Origin: a virus | Taxonomy: Duplodnaviria > Caudoviricetes | IMG/VR virus record: IMGVR_UViG_3300032324_000012 | Coordinates: 1 to 61,650 of that record | Length of the DNA: 61,650 nt | Strand: one strand, 5' to 3' | In this document: one piece after another, positions 35,849 to 43,388 of the stretch | Position numbering within the stretch: the stretch's first letter is position 1 | How the letters are laid out: every line of letters starts with the position of its first letter | The notes under the pieces: model-generated | Told to the model about the DNA's origin: nothing | Databases searched by the model: none | What the model saw: only the letters and a program-made list of their open reading frames with translations | Program-made: the position numbers and the translations under genes

Positions 35849-36141
35849 TGCCATATACCAAATCACCTAGACCTTACAAACACGAGTACGAGAAGCAGAA
35901 GGCGCGTGGCGAACTTGACGAGCGTATGGAACGCCAACGTGCGCGTAGAAAGATGGATGCCAGTTCCCCCGACAAGAATGGGAACGGCAAGGCTGACAAG
36001 CGTGAAGGTAAGGATATTGACCACGTCAAGATGCTGTCAAAAGGCGGCTCTAATAAGACGGGCATACGTCTGTTGACACCCGCAAAGAACCGAGCACGTA
36101 ATGGGCACAGCGTTCGTGAGGCGGGTGGTAAAAAACCGTGA
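35845..36141 (+). CDS. Small HNH-like protein
   Basis: KDIDHVKMLSKGGSN...NRARN. Confidence 0.65.
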   Translation: MMPYTKSPRPYKHEYEKQKARGELDERMERQRARRKMDASSPDKNGNGKADKREGKDIDHVKMLSKGGSNKTGIRLLTPAKNRARNGHSVREAGGKKP

Positions 36142-36731
36142 CGCCCCTGATCACAATCAAAGTTCCTGACGCCGTGGTGTACGGGAACTTTCTATCCACA
36201 ACTGAATGCGCTGAGTTGATAGCCCGTGCCGAGGGGCACATGAAGTTCTCTAAGGTTGTTGATCGCGCATCGGGCAAGCCCGTGTTACATGAAGCCCGTA
36301 CAAGTTCATCCATGTTCTTGAAGCGTGGGCAGAACGACCTTGTCACATGTATTGAGCAACGTATCAGTAACTTGACCGGACTGCCCGTGGAGAATGGTGA
36401 GGGTATTCAAATCCTGCGCTATGACGTAGGGCAAGAGTACCGCAAGCACTACGACTACTTCAACCCTGAGCGTGAGACAACACCGCATCACATCAAACGT
36501 GGTGGGCAACGTATTGCTACGTTGTTGATGTACTTGAATACACCGGAAGGTGGGGGTGCGACAACGTTCCCACATGCGGGTATATCCGTACATGCGAACG
36601 AAGGTAACGCCTTACTTTTCCGCTACGATACACCAACCCCTGCCACAAAAACATTGCACTGCGGTGAACCTGTTACGAGTGGTGTGAAGTGGGTCGCAAC
36701 AAAATGGATACGACAATCAAAATTTGCTTGA
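36138..36731 (+). CDS. 2OG-Fe(II) oxygenase, prolyl 4-hydroxylase-like
   Basis: EGIQILRY, HYDYF, RIATLLMYLN, GG.T.FP, TLH.GEPV..G.KW. Confidence 0.9.
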   Translation: MTPLITIKVPDAVVYGNFLSTTECAELIARAEGHMKFSKVVDRASGKPVLHEARTSSSMFLKRGQNDLVTCIEQRISNLTGLPVENGEGIQILRYDVGQEYRKHYDYFNPERETTPHHIKRGGQRIATLLMYLNTPEGGGATTFPHAGISVHANEGNALLFRYDTPTPATKTLHCGEPVTSGVKWVATKWIRQSKFA

Positions 36732-36756
36732 CGGCAATTCAATGATAGGTTAGATT
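36728..36756 (+). promoter_or_regulatory. Possible sigma70 promoter
   Basis: TTGACG-17 bp-TAGATT upstream of a ~220-nt structured intergenic region. Confidence 0.5.
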
Positions 36757-36952
36757 AGAATTTAATAGAATGGCAGTTAGGTGTGAGTGTGCCGTTCGGG
36801 GTGTTTCTAGTTGACTGTTTTCAACCCTTTAACCGCACCAGTCAGCATGCGTAGACTTTCGCGCAGGAACTGACAAGAGTAAGTTGGTATATCGAGCAGA
36901 TTGGAGACCCCATTCTGCTCGATATGCTTTATAAAAAATAAGTGAGAACGAA

Positions 36953-38494
36953 TTGGAAATCATAGACAACAAGGCATTGTTGCTGACACTGCGCAACCCG
37001 CAACGTGTCACTACAGTCATTCCGAAAAGCAAAGAACTATCCAACAATCAAGTTGTTGTCAAGTGGGGTTTAGACGAAGCCCAAGTTCTGCGCAACCTCA
37101 AGATCAAAGGGGTGCCTAGTCCCATCTTGGGACAGTACAACTGGCCGGGTCAGTACAAACCCTTTGATCACCAAAAAACAACGTCCGCTTTCCTTACCCT
37201 CAACAAACGTGCGTTCTGCCTAAACGAGCAGGGCACAGGCAAGACAGGCTCAGTCATTTGGGCGGCAGACTATCTGCTTAAGCAAAAGCGTATTCGACGT
37301 GTGCTAGTGATCTGCCCCTTGTCAATCATGGATTCCGCATGGAGAGCCGATCTATTTAAGTTTGCCATGCACCGCTCGGTAGACATTGCTTATGGCGCAA
37401 AGAACAAACGCCAAGCCATCATTAACGGCGCATCAGAGTTTGTAATCATCAATTACGACGGCGTTGAAATTGTGGCCGATGACATCTCACGGGGCGGGTT
37501 TGACCTGATTGTTGTCGATGAGGCCAACGCCTATAAGAACAGCATGACGAAGCGGTGGAAAGTACTGAACGACCTTATCAAACCCGATACATGGTTGTGG
37601 ATGCTAACGGGTACTCCTGCCGCGCAATCCCCCCTTGATGCTTACGGCTTGGCTAAGTTAGTCAACCCCCAAGGTGTGCCACGTTTCTTCTCATCCTTTA
37701 GGGACATGGTCATGCTCAAGCTGACCAACTTTAAGTGGATGGCTAAAGAGAACGCAACAAACACAGTGTTTAACGCCTTGCAACCTGCTATCAGGTTTAC
37801 CAAGGATGAGTGCTTAGACTTACCGGACATGACGTATGTCAAGCGAACAGTCGAGTTGACCAAGCAACAGCAGAAGTACTACGACCTATTGAAGAAGCGC
37901 ATGGTAGTGCAAGCCGCAGGGGAAGAGATCACGTCAGTCAATGCTGCCGTCAACATGAGCAAACTCCTACAAATATCTTGTGGCGCGGTGTACACCGATA
38001 CGGGCGAAACCGTTGAGTTCGACATTAAGAATCGCTATGCCGTACTGAAAGAAGTTATTGAGGAAGCAAGCCAAAAGGTGCTGGTGTTTGTGCCCTTTAA
38101 GAGCGTGATCACTATCCTGACAGACAAACTCAATGATGAAGGTATTAAGACTGAAGTAATCAGTGGTGATGTGCCTTTGAACAGGCGCACCGACATCTTT
38201 AACAGGTTCCAAACCGACCCCAACGACACACGAGTGCTTGTCATCCAACCTCAGTCAGCCGCCCATGGTGTAACCCTGACAGCCGCGAACACTGTGGTGT
38301 GGTGGGGGCCAACTTCATCCCTTGAGACCTACGCACAAGCCAACGCCCGAGTGCACCGCTCGGGTCAGCGACACCCAACAACAGTGGTACAACTCGTCGG
38401 GTCAGGTGTAGAAAGACACGTATACAACTTATTAGATAATAAAATAGATGTTCACACAAAAATAGTTGATCTTTACAAAGAAATACTTGAATAA
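36953..38494 (+). CDS. SNF2-family (SF2) helicase
   Basis: EQGTGKT, VVDEA, LTGTP, HGVTLTAA, QANARVHRSGQ. Confidence 0.92.
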   Translation: MEIIDNKALLLTLRNPQRVTTVIPKSKELSNNQVVVKWGLDEAQVLRNLKIKGVPSPILGQYNWPGQYKPFDHQKTTSAFLTLNKRAFCLNEQGTGKTGSVIWAADYLLKQKRIRRVLVICPLSIMDSAWRADLFKFAMHRSVDIAYGAKNKRQAIINGASEFVIINYDGVEIVADDISRGGFDLIVVDEANAYKNSMTKRWKVLNDLIKPDTWLWMLTGTPAAQSPLDAYGLAKLVNPQGVPRFFSSFRDMVMLKLTNFKWMAKENATNTVFNALQPAIRFTKDECLDLPDMTYVKRTVELTKQQQKYYDLLKKRMVVQAAGEEITSVNAAVNMSKLLQISCGAVYTDTGETVEFDIKNRYAVLKEVIEEASQKVLVFVPFKSVITILTDKLNDEGIKTEVISGDVPLNRRTDIFNRFQTDPNDTRVLVIQPQSAAHGVTLTAANTVVWWGPTSSLETYAQANARVHRSGQRHPTTVVQLVGSGVERHVYNLLDNKIDVHTKIVDLYKEILE

Positions 38495-38515
38495 AGGAGA
38501 AAACGCCACTATAAT
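38487..38515 (+). promoter_or_regulatory. Sigma70 promoter for replication genes
   Basis: TTGAAT-17 bp-TATAAT. Confidence 0.75.
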
Positions 38516-38545
38516 AAAGATTCCAACAACCAACCGGAGAACGAA

Positions 38546-38950
38546 ATGACAGAAGAAACAGCCAAAGTACCAGTTGAAAAATTGGTCAAGGTATATTTAA
38601 AGATGAAGGCCAAGCACGACGAAGCCCGTATCGCCTACGAGGAAGGGGAAAAAATTCTCAAGGGTCAGATGGACAAAGTCAAAGCGGCTTTACTTGCATA
38701 CTGCAAGGAACAGAACATCGAGAGTGTGCGTACGGAAGAAGGTTTGTTCTACCGCACTGTCAAGGCTAACTATTGGACGAGCGATTGGGAGTCCATGCGT
38801 AAATTTATTGTAGAGCAGGGTGTGCCCGAACTTCTACATGAGCGTTTGCATCAGGGAAACATGAAACAATTCCTTGAAGCCAACCCCGAACTGCTACCAC
38901 CGGGTCTCAACGTGGATAGCGAATACACCATAACTGTACGGAGGAAATGA
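38546..38950 (+). CDS. Replication-module protein (coiled coil)
   Basis: 134 aa, GGAGAACGAA leader; SVRTEEG...DW...LLHERL...PPGL. Confidence 0.75.
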   Translation: MTEETAKVPVEKLVKVYLKMKAKHDEARIAYEEGEKILKGQMDKVKAALLAYCKEQNIESVRTEEGLFYRTVKANYWTSDWESMRKFIVEQGVPELLHERLHQGNMKQFLEANPELLPPGLNVDSEYTITVRRK

Positions 38951-39210
38951 TGACAGAGCCGTTTGTGCCGATCGAAGCGTTGGCTAAACACTTCACGGTC
39001 TCAGTCTCAACTGTACGTGCTTGGTTGCGTCAGGGCTATATCCCTAAAGATACATACGTAAAAATAGGCAACACCTATCGTTTCAATGTGTCTCAAGTGG
39101 TAGCCGCCCTTTCTAGCAAGCCCAAGGACGACGTGAAGATGATTGAACCTGACGTTGGACTACCCGTCCAACTTGAACTTGATTTTGAAACAACTGATAG
39201 AGATATTTAA
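38947..39210 (+). CDS. Excisionase/MerR-like HTH DNA-binding protein
   Basis: IEALAKHFTVSVSTVRAWLRQGYIP...KIGNTYRF. Confidence 0.75.
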   Translation: MMTEPFVPIEALAKHFTVSVSTVRAWLRQGYIPKDTYVKIGNTYRFNVSQVVAALSSKPKDDVKMIEPDVGLPVQLELDFETTDRDI

Positions 39211-39222
39211 CTGGAGAACGAA

Positions 39223-40137
39223 ATGAGCGATTTAACAATTTTTGGTAAACCCAACAACGCCGCCCTTGCATTACTTAGCGGTATCGAAGACAACCTGACA
39301 AGCACCCTTGCGGGTAGCACAGGTAGCGGCAATCGTCGCATCTCCATTGAAGGCGGTGCATTCCGCGAATTCATTGGCGGTAAAGAAGTTCGCGTTAGCG
39401 AAGATCGTGCAATGAACGTTGTGTTGGTTAATGCCGCACCCGTATCCCGCATGTTCTTTGAGGGCGTGTACCAAAAGGGCAAGATCACAAAGCCAACATG
39501 TTGGTCGTCTGATACCCAACGCCCCGACTCCGCTGTTCCACAAGATCAGCGTCAGGCGTCATTCTGCAAAGATTGCCCACAACACGTTAAGGGTTCTGCA
39601 TCAAGTGGTGAAGGCCGCGCTTGCCGATTCCAACAGCGTATTGCTGTGATGATTGAGAGCGAGTTGAGCAAGCAAGAAGTCTATCAAATCAACCTGCCAT
39701 CAACATCAGTGTTCGGTGATGCAGAAGGTAAGAAGATGCCACTGCAAGCCTATGGTCGCTACCTCAAGGCACACAACACACACGCCATTAGTATCGTGAC
39801 CGAGATGCGTTTTGATATTGACAGCGCAACACCTAAGTTGATCTTCAAGCCGGTACGCGCATTGGAAGAGCACGAGTTGAAAGCCGCCTTGGAGATGCGT
39901 GATCACGCTGACACTGTCAAGGCAATCACTTTGAACGTGTCTCAGATGGATGGTGTGATTCCCGCACCGAAAGCCATCGAAGCCGCACCTGCCCCTGCAC
40001 CAAAACCCAAAGCCGCACCTGCTAAAGTTGAAGCCGAGGAAGTAGTGGAAGAGCCTATCAAGGTAACAAAGAAGGCCGCAACCCCTGCGGCTGAGAAGTC
40101 TGATATTGCTGACATCGTGGGTGATTGGGACGACTGA
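39223..40137 (+). CDS. Putative ssDNA-binding protein
   Basis: Upstream of the primase; Cys cluster (C..CKDC..C), P/A/K linker, acidic-aromatic tail DIVGDWDD. Confidence 0.55.
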   Translation: MSDLTIFGKPNNAALALLSGIEDNLTSTLAGSTGSGNRRISIEGGAFREFIGGKEVRVSEDRAMNVVLVNAAPVSRMFFEGVYQKGKITKPTCWSSDTQRPDSAVPQDQRQASFCKDCPQHVKGSASSGEGRACRFQQRIAVMIESELSKQEVYQINLPSTSVFGDAEGKKMPLQAYGRYLKAHNTHAISIVTEMRFDIDSATPKLIFKPVRALEEHELKAALEMRDHADTVKAITLNVSQMDGVIPAPKAIEAAPAPAPKPKAAPAKVEAEEVVEEPIKVTKKAATPAAEKSDIADIVGDWDD

Positions 40138-40248
40138 AGATTCGGGGGGAAAGTTTGACGGGGTATGCTTTTTGAAAGCTTGCAGACGACCTGTCATTCC
40201 GGTACCCCCACCTTTCGGTTATCTCTTTCACTTTAACTATCGGCGGAT

Positions 40249-43101
40249 ATGGAAACTAAAACATTTTTGGAGGCAGTGTTGGGAGACACTGGGCACTACT
40301 GTGTCTTTGCGGGTCGTTTATCGGACGAACGCAAAGTGCAGAAGTTCTACAGTTCTCTTGATGAAGTCATCCATGCCGCCCACAATTTGGACAACGAAGG
40401 TTATGACGCGTATTTTGCACTCGGTACGTTTGAAGAGGCGGGGTCTCGTAAAGTACCCAACGTAAAACAACTCAGGTCGTTCTTCTTAGATTTAGACTGT
40501 GGGCCGTCAAAGGACTACGAAACACAGGCAGACGCGTTACTAGCACTACGCACGTTCTGCAAAACAGTAAGATTACCGAAGCCAACACTCGTAAATTCAG
40601 GGCGTGGTATCCACGTGTACTGGCCACTGACCGAATCTGTTTCACGTGAAACATGGATTCCTGTTGCGGAGCGGTTCAAAAGACTATGCCGTGAACACAA
40701 TATGTATGGTGACCCTGCGGTTACTGCTGACGCGGCTCGGGTACTTAGAGTTCCCCTGACGCACAATCACAAAGACACCCCGCCGAAAGCTGTGGTGTTT
40801 ATCGGCTCCCCTGCCGACCCAATCCCGTTTGAGTTGTTCTGCAACTTGATCGGAGATGATGAGGTGCCGCCCGTATCCAAGAAGTACGCGCCCCGTGAAG
40901 CGGACGCAATGATGCAAGCCCTGTCGGGTAGTTACATCAGCCGCTTTAAAACTATCCTGATTAAGACTCAGGCAGGTAGCGGGTGTGCACAGATTGGCGA
41001 AGCGGTGATGAATCAAAACAACATCTCTGAACCACTGTGGCGAGCCGCATTATCTATTGCTAAGTTCTGTGTTGATGGGGGCAAAGCCATCCACAAGATT
41101 TCATGCAACCATGAGGAATACACTGCCGAGCGTACTGAAGCCAAGGTTGACCTGATCAAAGGCCCATACCTGTGCGAACGCTTTGACGAGTACCGCCCTG
41201 ATGTCTGCACGAACTGTCAACATTGGGGCAAGATCAAGTCACCCATTTCGCTTGGGCGAGAAGTACAAGAGGCTGAGGAAGCGGATAACGTAGTGGTGCA
41301 AAAGCCGCTAGGTATCCACAACGCAACCCCTATCAAGTACAACATACCCAAGTACCCCCACCCGTATTTCCGTGGGAAGAATGGTGGAGTGTTCAAGCAC
41401 TCCAAGAACGCTGAAGGCGAGGACAAAGACGTCATGGTTTATTTCAATGACCTGTACGTTGTTCGTCGCTTGAAAGACCCCGAGATGGGTGAAGCGTTAG
41501 TGATGAGACTGCACCTGCCAAGAGACGGGGTACGTGAATTTACGTTGCCTCTGACTGCGGTAGGAACTAAAGATGAGTTCAGAAAATACTTAGCCTCGCA
41601 TGGCGTTGCCGTCTTGAACGTGGGCGAGTTAATGGAGTACACAATGAGATGGGTAAACGAGTTACAGTTTACGGCCGAAGCTGACGAAGCACGTAGGCAG
41701 TTTGGTTGGACAGATGACAAGGGCACATCCTTTTGCCTTGGCAATATGGAAGTGTTCAAAGATCGCGTTGAGATCAATTCACCTTCAAGTGCAACTGCGG
41801 GTCTATTCCCTGCCTTCAACCCAAAAGGTTCGTTGGAAGAGTGGAAGAAAACCATGTCGTTCTACAACAAGGCCGGTATGGAGATGCACCAATTCATAGT
41901 TGGTATGTCATTCGGTGCGGTGTTGATGGAGTTTCAACCAATCAATGCGGCGGCGTTTCACATATACAGCAAAGGTTCCGGTCTTGGTAAGACAACAGCA
42001 ATGTTGGCAGGTGCCTCGATATGGGGTGACCCTGAACTGACTATGCTCCAAGAGCGTGATACGTACAACTCAAAGATGAACCGCGCTGAGGTCTACAAAA
42101 ACCTGTGCGTGTACATGGATGAGATGACCAACACCGCACCGAAAGACCTGTCTGACTTTGCCTATCAACTTCCTAGTGGTATGCAACGAAACCGCATGGG
42201 GCCTAAAGGTAACGTTGAGCGGGTACGTGGTAAGCCATGGAAAACTTTGTTTGGTACGACAGGTAATACCAGCATGATTGAGCGTATCGCGTTGTATAAG
42301 GCTCTGCCACAAGCAGAAGCCCAACGGGTATTGGAATACAAAGCCATACCTGTCAACTTCGAAACCAAGGAAGAGACAGACAAGTTCAGTGCCGCAATCA
42401 AGGAACACTACGGGGTGGCGGCTGTACCCTATCTCCAGTATGTCATGAACAATCTGGAGCCGGTAAAAGAACTTGCCCTGACAACTCAACGCAAGATTGA
42501 CATAGCGGCGGGCCTCAAAGCCGATAACCGCTTTTGGTCTGTCTTAGCATCACGTTCGATTACTGGCCTGATGTTGGGTAAGAAGTTGGGTTTGATTGAC
42601 TGGCAGATTGCACCAATCGTGCAGTGGATTATCAAGGTCATGCAAGACGCACGTACCGACATGGCCGAGATGGGTGTTGATGTTGAAAGCATCTTGACAG
42701 ACTTCTTGGCTGACCACTACAACGGCATCCTGCGTATCAAGAGTACGGATGATGCACGTAAACAAGCAACAGGGTTAGATCATCTGATTCACCCCGAGGC
42801 CGTACCACGAATGAACTTTGTGGCTCGGTACGAGTACGACATTAAAAGGTTGTACCTTCTGCCCAAGCCGCTCAAAGAGTGGTGCGGTAAACAACAGATC
42901 AACTATGGTGGATTTGTTGATGGCCTAAAAACAGGACGCACGAAAGCAAAGAAGGAAAAGGTTCGTTTGGGTAAAGGCACCCATTCAAACTGGCCACCCG
43001 TCGATGCAATTACTGTGGACTGCTCATCATTTATGGACGATGAAACTGAGCAAAGTATGGCGACAACCGCCGCGCTCCTCCAAAAACAGGCTACACCTTG
43101 A
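40249..43101 (+). CDS. Primase-helicase (AEP/RepB-type primase plus DUF927-type helicase)
   Basis: FFLDLD and SGRGIHVYW primase motifs, CERF..CTNC, Walker A GSGLGKT, Walker B VYMDE. Confidence 0.85.
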   Translation: METKTFLEAVLGDTGHYCVFAGRLSDERKVQKFYSSLDEVIHAAHNLDNEGYDAYFALGTFEEAGSRKVPNVKQLRSFFLDLDCGPSKDYETQADALLALRTFCKTVRLPKPTLVNSGRGIHVYWPLTESVSRETWIPVAERFKRLCREHNMYGDPAVTADAARVLRVPLTHNHKDTPPKAVVFIGSPADPIPFELFCNLIGDDEVPPVSKKYAPREADAMMQALSGSYISRFKTILIKTQAGSGCAQIGEAVMNQNNISEPLWRAALSIAKFCVDGGKAIHKISCNHEEYTAERTEAKVDLIKGPYLCERFDEYRPDVCTNCQHWGKIKSPISLGREVQEAEEADNVVVQKPLGIHNATPIKYNIPKYPHPYFRGKNGGVFKHSKNAEGEDKDVMVYFNDLYVVRRLKDPEMGEALVMRLHLPRDGVREFTLPLTAVGTKDEFRKYLASHGVAVLNVGELMEYTMRWVNELQFTAEADEARRQFGWTDDKGTSFCLGNMEVFKDRVEINSPSSATAGLFPAFNPKGSLEEWKKTMSFYNKAGMEMHQFIVGMSFGAVLMEFQPINAAAFHIYSKGSGLGKTTAMLAGASIWGDPELTMLQERDTYNSKMNRAEVYKNLCVYMDEMTNTAPKDLSDFAYQLPSGMQRNRMGPKGNVERVRGKPWKTLFGTTGNTSMIERIALYKALPQAEAQRVLEYKAIPVNFETKEETDKFSAAIKEHYGVAAVPYLQYVMNNLEPVKELALTTQRKIDIAAGLKADNRFWSVLASRSITGLMLGKKLGLIDWQIAPIVQWIIKVMQDARTDMAEMGVDVESILTDFLADHYNGILRIKSTDDARKQATGLDHLIHPEAVPRMNFVARYEYDIKRLYLLPKPLKEWCGKQQINYGGFVDGLKTGRTKAKKEKVRLGKGTHSNWPPVDAITVDCSSFMDDETEQSMATTAALLQKQATP

Positions 43102-43303
43102 CGATCTTGCACCCGATGGGGTGCGGTTTGTCCTCGATTGGGATAACTTCCCGATAGGTGGGTCTGTGTTTATACCATGTATAAACACCTTGGAGTGCGT
43201 GCGGCAGGTCTATGATATTACCCAAAGACGTTATTGGGTGGTGGAATACCGTCCCCGTATTGAGGATAGCAGGTGGGGGGTTCGCATTTGGAGACGACTG
43301 TGA
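43040..43303 (+). CDS. Small hypothetical protein, last early/middle gene
   Basis: Likely start MKLSK at 43040; IGGSVFIPC...GVRIWR. Confidence 0.6.
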   Translation: MKLSKVWRQPPRSSKNRLHLDDLAPDGVRFVLDWDNFPIGGSVFIPCINTLECVRQVYDITQRRYWVVEYRPRIEDSRWGVRIWRRL

Positions 43304-43312
43304 TACTATCCC

Positions 43313-43388
43313 GACCGAGCAGGTTGCCTGTCTCCTTCGTTCTCCTTAGAGGAGTTTATCCCCCGCCCTAATAAGCGGGGGATTTTTT
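43313..43388 (+). ncRNA. Candidate trans-acting anti-RBS small RNA
   Basis: TGtGATACT extended -10 at 43299-43307; core TCTCCTTCGTTCTCCTT (43331-47) antisense to leaders of at least 7 genes; terminator at 43358-88. Confidence 0.55.
43358..43388 (+). terminator. Rho-independent terminator at convergence of the two genome arms
   Basis: ATCCCCCGC-CCTAATAA-GCGGGGGAT-TTTTT. Confidence 0.85.

Noticed and set aside
36765-36930. tRNA gene in the large intergenic gaps
   Set aside because: No cloverleaf with a GTTCRA T-loop and matching acceptor stem was found here or at 23900-24560.
38947-39210. Excisionase implying an integration module
   Set aside because: No tyrosine or serine integrase or att core recognised; the HTH sits among replication genes.
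25500-43300. Apparent scarcity of some restriction-type sites (e.g. GCWGC, AGCT, CCWGG) in the early arm
   Set aside because: Impression only; needs observed/expected k-mer counts per arm, which I cannot compute reliably by eye.
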